Under the pieces are notes generated by a model. It searched no databases and was not told where the DNA came from. It worked only from the letters and a program-made list of their open reading frames with translations. A stretch of DNA of 59,066 bases, from IMG/VR virus record IMGVR_UViG_3300037751_000266, positions 1 through 59,066 of that record. One strand, written 5' to 3'. The stretch is from a virus. Lineage: Duplodnaviria; Caudoviricetes. Both the position numbers and the translations under genes were made by a program. This document shows, in pieces, positions 19,541 to 28,332 of the stretch; the stretch's first letter is position 1, and every line of letters begins with the position of its first letter.

Positions 19541-19582
19541 CGGTTGTTTTTTTTGGACCTTAACACATAATTTCAGTTAAGA

Positions 19583-19828
19583 TCAAGCGCTAATGTCACC
19601 GGCCATTAAATTAGCCGCGCGCCTTAATCTTGAATTGAACCAGCGTCTTATCGCATAACTTCTGACAAGGCTGATTACTGTAAACCACGCCCCTATCCCG
19701 ATATTCGTTTTCAGCGAAACATGAATATCGAACATCGGGAAAACTACTACCTGTGAAATCAGAGCTACCCAGAATCCGATCAGGATATTCATGATTGATT
19801 CTATTAAACTGCTTATCTTGGATTGCAT
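19583..19828 (-). CDS. Small two-TM phage membrane protein often found beside phage methylases
   Basis: MQSK..SLIES..NI.IGF...SLVRSYAIRRWFN pattern. Confidence 0.75.
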   Translation of the reverse strand: MQSKISSLIESIMNILIGFWVALISQVVVFPMFDIHVSLKTNIGIGAWFTVISLVRSYAIRRWFNSRLRRAANLMAGDISA

Positions 19829-19987
19829 TTGAAGAGCCTCAATTGTCTCTTGTTTTTCGGTTTAACCTCAAGCCGACCAGCACAAGCGTCTTCCAGTCTC
19901 TTCGCCCGTTTTTCGATCTCGGCCATGTATTCACGGCCTACTGGACGGCCACCAACTAAACCGCATCTGCGTGTTTTGAATATTGGT

Positions 19988-20347
19988 TCATCCAATGTTT
20001 TTGCCATTTTCAAAGCTAGCCCACCATATTTCACTTTCTCTTTCGTATTGGCTTTTGGTTACGTCGTCGATAGCAAAAACAGAGAAATCCTTACACGACA
20101 GCATTCCTTGAGCCCAACCTCCGTTCCCTTCTAATAACGTCTCGGCTTCTTCAATTAACCCTTCGGTAAACCCGCAAAAGTTGATAGCCTCATCCCTTGT
20201 AAACCACTGTTCTTCTTCGTCTGAACAACTGCCGATAAAGTAAATATCTTCTCCATCGGTACCTATGTCGTCCTCGTAAATATCAGGGTAGCTATTTTTT
20301 AGAACGCTTATGTCGGTTCCATGTGGCACCTTTATCCTGACTTCCAT
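19988..20347 (-). CDS. Acidic hypothetical protein
   Basis: ORF with upstream GGAGG. Confidence 0.6.
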   Translation of the reverse strand: MEVRIKVPHGTDISVLKNSYPDIYEDDIGTDGEDIYFIGSCSDEEEQWFTRDEAINFCGFTEGLIEEAETLLEGNGGWAQGMLSCKDFSVFAIDDVTKSQYERESEIWWASFENGKNIG

Positions 20348-20427
20348 TGACCAAGCCTCCAAAATAAGTTAATATTAATCCAATCGCGCCCGGCACCCTG
20401 ACTTAGGTTACGGTCGGGCCTTCTTGT

Positions 20428-20790
20428 TTATTTGACTTCCAAAACCTCTTGGTACGTCAAAGTCTGTTCCTCAGTGTCACGTATCCAAGCGTCAACAGCC
20501 TCTTGATTCTCGCACCGTGACAGGTCAACCGCACCAGCCATGCCGTTTGATTCAATCAGCAGCATGTTTTTGCCTCGATTACACCACAGGACCAAGCCTG
20601 GAGCAATTTTTACTTTTTTTGTAGTTATTGGTCGGCACGACTGGTGAGGCTCGGCTACCCTGTCCCAACTGTCTTTTGGCTTGAAATTACTGCATGGTTC
20701 GATTCCCCGGCAGTCTGAATCTATTTGGTAATAGAGGCAATCGTAACAATTATTTTCACTGTTGTTCATAATGTTCACAGGCTCCTTCAA
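20428..20790 (-). CDS. Hypothetical protein
   Basis: CxxC-containing ORF in the leftward operon. Confidence 0.55.
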   Translation of the reverse strand: MKEPVNIMNNSENNCYDCLYYQIDSDCRGIEPCSNFKPKDSWDRVAEPHQSCRPITTKKVKIAPGLVLWCNRGKNMLLIESNGMAGAVDLSRCENQEAVDAWIRDTEEQTLTYQEVLEVK

Positions 20791-21090
20791 CGTCTTGAAT
20801 GTTAAAGCGCTCTCTGGAATGCTTTATGTGCCGCATGGTTGAGCGCTGTTTCGGTTTTCCGGCAGGGTGTACGCAAGAAATATCTCCTACCCTGCCGTCG
20901 TTTAATGTTACGTGATGTCGGCAATAGATGCAGCTCATTGCATTACAACCGACAAAACTCCGTCAATCTCAAGAATCTTTTGCTCAACTGAGTCAAGATC
21001 GGTTGAACTTACTAACACAACATAGGTTCGGGATTGCGGCGGGTCATCGCTGAAGGGATCGCTAAATACCGGCGGTTTTTCTTCCATGTT

Positions 21091-21684
21091 TTACCTCAAT
21101 TCGTTGACTATTCCATCAAGCTCACTGGAAAATCTAATGAGCGCCAAATGTAACGCTTCACAAAACTCGTCGTTTCGCTTTTCAAGGATGATAAGTGGCT
21201 TCATTCCAGGCATGTAGCTCATAAAATACCAGCTATCAAAACCAGTAACCAACATGCTACCATGTACCTGTTGATAGTATTCAGGTGGCACTCTTCCTTT
21301 CAATAAATATTCAACGTGAACGGCCATAGAAGGACATTTTATTTCAAGTCCTAGTGTTGAGTTAAGACCGTCAGGAGAGCACGAAAAAAGGCCGCTGTCA
21401 TGAACGCACATGCCGACCTCTTCGACCTCAACTCCGGACAGCATTAAAAAAAGGTTTCTCGCTTCAGGCTCAAGCTCAATTCCCCTGGTCATGGCAGCGT
21501 TCTGATACGATTCTTCGCGTGTGCCGGTTATCCTTTCACCTGCAAGCTGATAAAGGTATTTCTGTCTGCTCTTGCTGGTTTTACCGTCACAGGTGACAAT
21601 GTTTTTAAACTGGCTGGCTGATGGCATCCCCGTTCTGGCCTGGTGCCATTCCGTACTTCCCTGAACAAGGTCAAGAATCTTCAT
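21091..21684 (-). CDS. YqaJ/lambda-type exonuclease
   Basis: QGSTEWHQARTG..SAS, RGIELEPEAR, CSPDGL, LEIKCP, YYQQVHGSM. Confidence 0.93.
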   Translation of the reverse strand: MKILDLVQGSTEWHQARTGMPSASQFKNIVTCDGKTSKSRQKYLYQLAGERITGTREESYQNAAMTRGIELEPEARNLFLMLSGVEVEEVGMCVHDSGLFSCSPDGLNSTLGLEIKCPSMAVHVEYLLKGRVPPEYYQQVHGSMLVTGFDSWYFMSYMPGMKPLIILEKRNDEFCEALHLALIRFSSELDGIVNELR

Positions 21685-22298
21685 GACTTCACCTTCGATT
21701 TGACCGCAACCATGATCGCAGGGAATTTGTCCGTGGTAATTTGGTCGAGTGATTCAACACCGGCGTATGCTTTGAATTTATCAATATCAACGCTCCGGTC
21801 TTTGATTTCTTTCTCAAGTTTTGCCAGTTGTGCTTTTGAAATAACTGAAACTGGCTGTAGAACATGGGCCTGGCTGTCGGGATCATTATCGCCTTCAGTC
21901 GGTATAGCGAAAGCCTGAAAAGCCATAGCTTTATATGCATATGACATTGCCTTTCCTGCGCTCTTGTCCCCGCTATCCATTGCCTCACCTAGCACCGGAC
22001 CTACAACGTGCTTACTACCATCCAGGGTCGAAACAAAGTCATATTCCATTTCAACGGTAGTGTGGAAAAGCGGATTGCCTTTCCCGCTGGTTCGCTCGGT
22101 GTGAACGTGGGCAAGCATTCTTGGCAGGATCACAAGGTTTGATTCAACAAGCAGGCCGGACAAAACATTATAAACGTCATCTATGCCTCTAAAATTAAAG
22201 GCCGCACCCTGTGTGCATTTCCGGTCTTTGGCTATTCCTTCTTTAACGAGGCCAGCCTGAACCATGTTGATTGCCTTATATACGCCGAAATCTGCCAT
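21681..22298 (-). CDS. erf: ERF-family single-strand annealing recombinase
   Basis: FNFRGIDDVY, GEAMDSGDKSAGKAMSYAYK..FAIPTEGDNDPD. Confidence 0.9.
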   Translation of the reverse strand: MADFGVYKAINMVQAGLVKEGIAKDRKCTQGAAFNFRGIDDVYNVLSGLLVESNLVILPRMLAHVHTERTSGKGNPLFHTTVEMEYDFVSTLDGSKHVVGPVLGEAMDSGDKSAGKAMSYAYKAMAFQAFAIPTEGDNDPDSQAHVLQPVSVISKAQLAKLEKEIKDRSVDIDKFKAYAGVESLDQITTDKFPAIMVAVKSKVKS

Positions 22299-22301
22299 GG
22301 C

Positions 22302-22568
22302 CTAAACCTCCTTTGAATAAATAGCATAATATCGGACACCCTCAACAATAACGAACTTTTCAACAGGGTACATCTGGCTGTTGCGTTGAATCGTTTCGGC
22401 ATTGGGAAAAATTCTGTCAAAGGTAGGATCGTTCAGGTGCACATCGGCGGACTCGACAAACCTGATTGACAACAACTCACCGGCTTGTAAATTATGTTGT
22501 TCTATCTGTTTTTTAATAGAACTTAAAACGTCAATCGGTCTGTTGCTCCAATATTCGTGTTCTTCCAT
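22302..22568 (-). CDS. Hypothetical protein
   Basis: RBS AGGAGG. Confidence 0.65.
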   Translation of the reverse strand: MEEHEYWSNRPIDVLSSIKKQIEQHNLQAGELLSIRFVESADVHLNDPTFDRIFPNAETIQRNSQMYPVEKFVIVEGVRYYAIYSKEV

Positions 22569-22745
22569 GATTCCCTCCTTAAATTAACGCCAGCAACACA
22601 GCGCTCATAATAACAGTTGCGATCACGATACCACAGTAACACAACCAGTCTAATTTTCTGCACCGAGACAAACAATCTGTATTGTGAGATATAACTGAAT
22701 TCCAGTGGCTCATGATTTCCTCTCGTTTATTTTTATCTTGAGTGA

Positions 22746-22788
22746 AATATAATAAGATTGTTTGTTTGTGTCAACAAAATTTTGTTGA
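22746..22788 (-). promoter_or_regulatory. Sigma70 promoter overlapped by an 18-bp palindromic operator
   Basis: Minus strand TTGACA(22774-69)-N17-TATATT(22751-46); perfect palindrome TCAACAAAATTTTGTTGA at 22771-22788. Confidence 0.8.
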
Positions 22789-22804
22789 TTGCATCGAATA
22801 AAAA

Positions 22805-23101
22805 TTACAGTTTATCCGGTTCGTGCAAAAGCATGGTTTGAACCGATTCGGGCAAGTCCAGTTTGTAAGCGTCGAACAGGCTATGGCAGGTCAGGCAAGC
22901 GGTGACGATGTTGTTCGGGCTGTCACTGCCGCCCTGACTGCGGTTTATCACATGAGCCGGTGTTAAATTATTAGGTGAACCACAGAAGATGCAAAAACCA
23001 TCCCTTTCGAAAATATACTGGCAAAGCTGGCGATATTTGGCCGGGGACAGTTTTAGTCTCTTGCCTGTGGTACGGCGATTAATTGCCCTTTTGCTGCTCA
23101 T
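22805..23101 (-). CDS. HNH endonuclease
   Basis: RDGFCIFCG...AHVINRSQGGSDSPNNIVTACLTCH..FD. Confidence 0.88.
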   Translation of the reverse strand: MSSKRAINRRTTGKRLKLSPAKYRQLCQYIFERDGFCIFCGSPNNLTPAHVINRSQGGSDSPNNIVTACLTCHSLFDAYKLDLPESVQTMLLHEPDKL

Positions 23102-23499
23102 TTAATTTCACCCTTCCCGCAATGCTGGTTAGCGTCAACCCACTCGCCAAGGTCAATAACAGGCTTTTTGCAATCATCAAACTCAACCTCGATACGCAAG
23201 TCTTTTCCGCATTCGGCGTATCCGGTCCACTGGTCTGTTGCTCTTATTGTGGCTCCGTGTTTTTTGAGGAGATTTTGCAATTCAGCCGTGAAGTCTGCTG
23301 CCTTTATCTCTTCCATATATGGAACCAGACCACATTCACACTCACCATCACCCCAAACTATTCTTTGAGCACAGTGGAGCCTATGGCCAGCTTTGATAAG
23401 GGTGTCTATTTCTCTTCTCATCTGGGCGTTATTTACAGAGCAATCTGCACAAACAAGAGCGCTTGTTGCTTCGGCTATGCCGCATTGTTTGCATTTCAT
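23098..23499 (-). CDS. Hypothetical Cys-rich protein
   Basis: RBS AGGAG; CxxC pairs. Confidence 0.6.
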   Translation of the reverse strand: MKCKQCGIAEATSALVCADCSVNNAQMRREIDTLIKAGHRLHCAQRIVWGDGECECGLVPYMEEIKAADFTAELQNLLKKHGATIRATDQWTGYAECGKDLRIEVEFDDCKKPVIDLGEWVDANQHCGKGEIK

Positions 23500-23508
23500 T
23501 TTGTTCTC

Positions 23509-23805
23509 CTAAATATTAACATCAGTCAGTTTGCCGCAATGTCGGCATTTGGTGCGGATTTTCTTGTCAAGTTTCGCCTGTGCTTCTACCAATCGCTGCC
23601 GCTGGTACATCCACATATTCTCTTCGCCAGCCATTCTTTCCAGAACTGCAATCGGGTTCAGTCTTTCTCCGCATGTGGCGCACGTTACCTCTTGTAATTC
23701 CCGATCAACTTCAATTTGCCTGTGCTTACATTTGGTCGATAGGTTCTTATTGGTGACTGACTTTATGGTTAGTAGGGCTGATTTGATTGGTATTGGCTTT
23801 TTCAT
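23509..23805 (-). CDS. Zinc-finger phage protein
   Basis: CKH..I.VD...VTCATCGERLNPIAVL...KCRHCGK. Confidence 0.7.
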   Translation of the reverse strand: MKKPIPIKSALLTIKSVTNKNLSTKCKHRQIEVDRELQEVTCATCGERLNPIAVLERMAGEENMWMYQRQRLVEAQAKLDKKIRTKCRHCGKLTDVNI

Positions 23806-24293
23806 GGCTTCTTAAGGGTGTTCGTTTCGATCACCCTGTCTCGGCACTCAGCGTCAGGATCGGCGCAAGTTTTGTGTACTATCTTTTTGTAACCGTCAAC
23901 CTCGACTTCTTTGAAATGATTGCCGTATAGTTTTTTGCCACAATTCCAACAGAAGCGCACTCTAGGTTTATCCATTTTATACTCCTTTGTGGTGTTTTAC
24001 GTATACTCAAGGCATAGGTGTCTTAATGACCCGTTCAAAACGAATATACCTAATACATGATATCCTCTTTAAACCATGCAAACCTCTTTCGAGGGAAAAC
24101 GGCGACATTGTCAGGTACCGGTTTACTTGCCAAAAAGTGAAAAACAAGCCCAGTCGGTGAACACTGGTTTCCTCACGGATTCGTTATGAACATTCCTGTT
24201 TTGTGTCTGGGAGACCTTACCGCCGGCCAAGCGGCTCTACCGTTTTTTGTGCAGCTCATGTTCTATCTTTGGATGGGGAGAGAAAACAATGCC

Positions 24294-24400
24294 AAAAAAC
24301 CCCGAAAGTCAAAGCTCAATACCCTGGAAGGAATTGAAGAGAGCTAAGACAAACGGGGTTCTTCGGAAATTCGGTAGTGGTTCTTCTTCCTTCCAGGGAG
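24294..24400 (-). promoter_or_regulatory. Leader hairpin/terminator with alternative pairing (element 3)
   Basis: AACCCCG/CGGGGTT outer stem with AGCTC/GAGCT inner stem; loop CCCTGGAAGGAA (24322-33) complementary to TTCCTTCCAGGG (24387-98); minus-strand TTGAAT-N17-TATTGA just upstream. Confidence 0.7.
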
Positions 24401-24604
24401 AGAAGTTTTGCTTACCACATCTCAATACTAAATCCTAACGACAAATTCAACAAAAAAAATCACCAATAAATCTTTGAACTTCTTCTCCGAGAAAAAATAT
24501 CCTCAATCCAAAACACAACGTAAACCGAAAGCGTTGAAGCAGCCCCGGTAAGAAGAGACAGACCGACAGGGGGCCGTAACCATAGACTTCATCATAGTAC
24601 CTCC

Positions 24605-24979
24605 TTAATTTTCCTGAAAATCTTGTAAAATATCACATACCATGGCCTGGGCAGATGTCGGCAGTTTTGATATGCAATTGCTGGGCAGGTCGTCCTTCCA
24701 GTTGTAAAACAGATAATCGCCAAGATCATCGAGCGCACTGTGGAAAACAAAACCGTCTTTAAAGAAAGCGTCTACGATTGCGTGGCAGGTCGGACACATC
24801 GTGTAATTCCCGATACTGTCTACTCTGAAAATAGAACAAAAGTAAAAATCCGAACCTTTAGCAATAACACCTTTACACTCGCAGCAAGTATGATCCTTAC
24901 CGGCTTTGAGCTTTCTTTTGCTGTATCCTAAATAATCATCATCATCTTGGTTGCATCCAGCGTTACATGAACATTCCAT
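24605..24979 (-). CDS. Zinc-binding hypothetical phage protein
   Basis: KAGKDHTCCECKGVI.KG..Y...MCPTC. Confidence 0.7.
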   Translation of the reverse strand: MECSCNAGCNQDDDDYLGYSKRKLKAGKDHTCCECKGVIAKGSDFYFCSIFRVDSIGNYTMCPTCHAIVDAFFKDGFVFHSALDDLGDYLFYNWKDDLPSNCISKLPTSAQAMVCDILQDFQEN

Positions 24980-25254
24980 TTTTATACCCCCACAGGTTGA
25001 ATTAACGATAGGCTTCCGGCCAAGGCGATCAGCCAGAAAATTATTAGGATTGCTTTTGTTGTTGTGGTCATGGCTGATCCTCCGTTATTTCCTGCCACTC
25101 AAGATCAAGCCAACCATCAGCGTGCATAGTAAAACCACATTTACCGCACTTACAGGATTCATCAACCCATATCCAGACTATTTCGCCCTTGTTTTTATCA
25201 GCGCAATTTTTACAGGGACACCTTTGTTTTTCAGCACAACATGGACATTTCATA

Positions 25255-25734
25255 TCATTTTTCCTTTTGAGTAATTTCTTTTCTTTTTGGTTCAGGTAAC
25301 GCAATCTTTTTATCAAACCCGAAAGATAGAACATGGGTAATTAAATCCACCATGTTGTCCTGCGTAGCGTCCAGGTGGGATATTTTACTGATTACCCACT
25401 CCCTGATAGCCGGATACTGTTCAGGTGCTTTAGTACGGACTATTTTCAGGTTTTCAACGAGCTGTTGAAATTCAGGGTGGTTGCTCGGATCGCCAAGGAT
25501 AATGTTGAGCAGGAATTTCTCTTTGAAATAAAGATGCTGTTCTTCTTTGGTTAGTCCGAGCTCTTTGGCAATAATGCCAGTGCACAGCCAATAATACCCC
25601 CGCTGCCCTTCTGACAGACTTTCTTTTCGCCCCTTGACGGTGACACCTATCTCGCCGAGTCGTTCAAATTCATCACGGATCGTATTGAAAGAATCACCGA
25701 GCTGTGTCTGGTTTTTGATTATTATTTCAATCAT
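25255..25734 (-). CDS. NinB/Orf-like recombination protein
   Basis: SLSEGQRGYYW...IAKELG...HLYFKEKFL...SHLD.T...M...I pattern. Confidence 0.65.
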   Translation of the reverse strand: MIEIIIKNQTQLGDSFNTIRDEFERLGEIGVTVKGRKESLSEGQRGYYWLCTGIIAKELGLTKEEQHLYFKEKFLLNIILGDPSNHPEFQQLVENLKIVRTKAPEQYPAIREWVISKISHLDATQDNMVDLITHVLSFGFDKKIALPEPKRKEITQKEK

Positions 25735-25745
25735 GGTTTTTCTCG

Positions 25746-26072
25746 TTATAATTGTTTCAGCTCTTCCAGTGCAACCTTGGCCCTTTCTACGGCCCAATTA
25801 CCCTCCGACTGTGAGGCGATAAAACTCATAGCATTAAGCAGTATGTCAAAATTACGTCCCTCGGAAGGTCTCCGTTTTATGAATCTATCAACAAGACAAT
25901 CACTTGAGCAGAAGTGTAAGCACTCATAATTTGCTATACTTGTAAATTCCCTTCTAGGGAGGTTGTTTTGAACACACAGTGAACCATTGTCGGTAGAAAA
26001 TTCTATCCATCCATCGAGGTTTTCTGATGTTTTTTGGCACCTGTCGCATGTGTAAATCGTTTTTACGGCCAC
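25746..26072 (-). CDS. Hypothetical protein
   Basis: YTCDRC...HFCSSDCL; RBS AGGGAG. Confidence 0.6.
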   Translation of the reverse strand: MAVKTIYTCDRCQKTSENLDGWIEFSTDNGSLCVQNNLPRREFTSIANYECLHFCSSDCLVDRFIKRRPSEGRNFDILLNAMSFIASQSEGNWAVERAKVALEELKQL

Positions 26073-26082
26073 TGTTTTCTCC

Positions 26083-26280
26083 CTATGGAAGTTTTATTTC
26101 CTTGAATCCTCTTTTAAGCAAAGCGATTTCTCTGTCTTTTCTATCAAGTATAAGGCGCACAAGCTCTGCTGGCGGTGTTCCCCACGGTCCGTGTTCGTCT
26201 AGCATCCCATCCGAAAGGTCAAGCACATTGACGACATCTTCCAGCATATTTTCAAGTTCTTCTTTTGTCCACTTACTCAT
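26083..26280 (-). CDS. Hypothetical protein
   Basis: Coupled ATGA overlap. Confidence 0.55.
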   Translation of the reverse strand: MSKWTKEELENMLEDVVNVLDLSDGMLDEHGPWGTPPAELVRLILDRKDREIALLKRGFKEIKLP

Positions 26281-26483
26281 GGCAAATGATCTCCAAGTGA
26301 AGTCTCACCCTTAAATTTCAACAAAAACCGAGCCAAGGTGTTTTCCATTCCCGGCAAAGTCACCTCGTTGTAAATATTCCAGTACAGGCCGTGGAGTTGT
26401 TCGTGCTCGTCCCGGCTGGCTTCTTCCTGCTCGGCTTCGATTGCATCGAGCAGGTTTTGTTTTGCGTTGGCGAAGATTATCAT
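26277..26483 (-). CDS. Hypothetical protein
   Basis: Among the first genes of the leftward arm. Confidence 0.55.
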   Translation of the reverse strand: MIIFANAKQNLLDAIEAEQEEASRDEHEQLHGLYWNIYNEVTLPGMENTLARFLLKFKGETSLGDHLP

Positions 26484-26633
26484 TTGATAGCCTCAGCCCA
26501 TTGGCTCAAAAAGAAATACTCAGCGGCGAGGATCATCAGACCGATCGTTGCAAGTGATGCGATAAGTTTGGTTGTTTCTTTGATTTTCGCTATGGTCATT
26601 TTACACCTCAAGTTGAATTTTTATCTTGACCGC

Positions 26634-26713
26634 AAAATAACTCTTTATTTTATCCTTGTCAACAATATTTTGTTGATTATTTTATTGACAGGCGGTTTTG
26701 GTGGTGTTATTCT
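26634..26713. promoter_or_regulatory. Divergent promoter pair with palindromic operator at the strand switch
   Basis: Leftward TTGACA(26662-57)-N17-TATTTT; rightward TTGACA(26685-90)-N17-TATTCT(26708-13) with TGn; TCAACAATATTTTGTTGA at 26659-26676. Confidence 0.85.
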
Positions 26714-26726
26714 GTTGGTAATTAAT

Positions 26727-26886
26727 GGCGAGAGTGGCGGAAGCGCGTAAAAACTATTTTTAACGGCAGCGGCGCGAACAGTAGACGCAGGTGAAAAGTA
26801 AGTTTATCCGATGATCTTGGCTATAGACAAGGGAGGGAACGAAGGCCACAACTTTTCGTGCAGGTATCGAAGCCTGCCTTTCGCCA
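26727..26886 (+). ncRNA. tRNA-like RNA with enlarged D-loop and no anticodon loop
   Basis: Outer helix GGCGAGAG/CTTTCGCC, TG linker, D-stem GCG-GAA...GTAGA-CGC, T-arm GCAGG-TATCGAAG-CCTGC, long helix GAAAAGT/ACTTTTC in place of the anticodon arm. Confidence 0.75.
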
Positions 26887-26895
26887 GTTTTTTAA

Positions 26896-26971
26896 GGGCG
26901 TATAGCTCAACGGTTGAGCAGCACACCCATAATGTGCCGATATGCTGGTTCGAATCCAGTTGCGCCCACCA
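26896..26971 (+). tRNA. tRNA with CAT anticodon (Met or Ile2)
   Basis: GGGCGTA/TGCGCCC acceptor, GCTC/GAGC D-stem, GCACA-CCCATAA-TGTGC anticodon arm, TTCGAAT T-loop, encoded CCA. Confidence 0.93.
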
Positions 26972-27204
26972 ATTTCACAGGACATTACGCATATTCAATT
27001 CAAGCCAAACGGAGGCCGCCATGGAACAGATCGGATAACGACCGATCACTCGACATCATGGGGAGAGTATAAAAAGCCCATGGCCTCACAGGACGGTTGA
27101 TACCGTTTACCGCGGCTACAGGGTAATGGTAGCGCCGGAAGTCGTAACCGGCAAGCGTATTTGTAGTAACTGAAGAAATAAAACCAGTAACCGTAACAAC
27201 CGGA

Positions 27205-27402
27205 GTGAAAATGACGAAAGCAATACGAGTTGAAAACGCAGACACCAGTGACCACAAGGTAATGGTGCAGGTTTGGGAAAAAGGACCGGATGGAGGGCAT
27301 GCAAAAATGATTTCTGAGCATCCGTTAAATTATCCTACATCGATGATCGAAAAAACCATTTGGCAAGGTCACTTTCTAGTGATTAAAGAGGTAACGCCGT
27401 AA
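27205..27402 (+). CDS. Hypothetical protein
   Basis: RBS GGAG; VRVENADTSDHKV.VQVWEKG-like motif. Confidence 0.65.
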   Translation: MKMTKAIRVENADTSDHKVMVQVWEKGPDGGHAKMISEHPLNYPTSMIEKTIWQGHFLVIKEVTP

Positions 27403-27429
27403 CTAACCAGTGACACTGTGTTCAGATAA

Positions 27430-27455
27430 CCCCCTGCCTTCGGGTGGGGGAATTT
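27430..27455 (+). terminator. GC hairpin with cUUCGg loop (terminator or stabiliser)
   Basis: CCCCCTGCC-TTCG-GGTGGGGG followed by AATTT. Confidence 0.55.
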
Positions 27456-27469
27456 AAAAGGAGGATAAA

Positions 27470-27661
27470 ATGCACTTTATAAAACTTACACTGGCAAACA
27501 ATGAGACCACCCTTGTTAATATGGATTTAGTTTACGAGGTACGAATTGGTAAACACAAAGCTTTAAAAGGTTCTCAGCTGTATTTTTCAACAGGAGGTGA
27601 GGGAGATTCTATTTTTGTGCATGAGTCACAGGAAGAAATTCTAGGAAAATGTGAATCATGA
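27470..27661 (+). CDS. Small FlbD-like hypothetical protein
   Basis: FIKLT......LVN.D.V..V......I.V.ES.EEI pattern; strong RBS. Confidence 0.55.
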   Translation: MHFIKLTLANNETTLVNMDLVYEVRIGKHKALKGSQLYFSTGGEGDSIFVHESQEEILGKCES

Positions 27662-27855
27662 ATTGTCCAAACTGCGGCAAACCAAACGACGACAACTGGC
27701 CGATAACCGTCAACGACGAAATCAAGGACGGCGGCTGTCAAGATTGTTGGGAGTTGGAAGTTGACGCAGCGTGGTGGGATGCAGTTGATTCCTTGGCTGT
27801 CTGGTGGGACAACCCGGATTCTTTAATTGCTTATTGTGAGGAGGATGAGCCGTGA
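27658..27855 (+). CDS. Acidic zinc-finger hypothetical protein
   Basis: CPNC...CQDC; coupled start. Confidence 0.55.
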   Translation: MNCPNCGKPNDDNWPITVNDEIKDGGCQDCWELEVDAAWWDAVDSLAVWWDNPDSLIAYCEEDEP

Positions 27856-28020
27856 GTGTTGTCAGAGAAAACCTAATGAACCAAAAAGGGTATACGCCCT
27901 ATTGCGGTAACGAAACAGGCTTTTGCCCTTTACCGAGAACACACTAAAATATGTTATAAGTGTAAAAATTACGCATCTATTTGGTGCGTGACGTGTAAAC
28001 ACCACAAGGACAGGTAGTAA

Positions 28021-28332
28021 ATGAGCCACCCACGCCGGAAGAAAAAAATCGACAGCAACCAAACCGAATTAGTGAGACAGCTTCGTTCAATCCCGGGCGT
28101 AACGGTTGTAACAGACAAGGATGATTTATTAATTGGGAGAGTAGTAAACGGCGAACCCCGAACATTCTGGGTAGAAATAAAGAATCCAGCCGTAGTAAAG
28201 AAAAATGGTGAGCTACAAAAAAGCGCATTACGCAACAGTCAGAAGAAAATTAAACAGGAGTGGAAAGGACAATATCTCGTCGCCTGGACGCTTGAACAGA
28301 TTTTGCAGGAAATTGGTATAACGAAATTATGA
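28021..28332 (+). CDS. PD-(D/E)xK / VRR-NUC-like endonuclease
   Basis: KIDSNQTELVRQLR..G..V...DDLLIG...WVEIK...SQ...W.G. Confidence 0.8.
   Translation: MSHPRRKKKIDSNQTELVRQLRSIPGVTVVTDKDDLLIGRVVNGEPRTFWVEIKNPAVVKKNGELQKSALRNSQKKIKQEWKGQYLVAWTLEQILQEIGITKL

Noticed and set aside
20387-20419. Novel RNA at the GCCCGGC/GTCGGGC hairpin
   Set aside because: A single intergenic hairpin, adequately explained as a terminator or stability element
26727-26886. tmRNA or group I intron-containing tRNA
   Set aside because: Too short, has a D-stem, lacks a tag ORF and group I core motifs; no obvious excision restores a 7-nt anticodon loop
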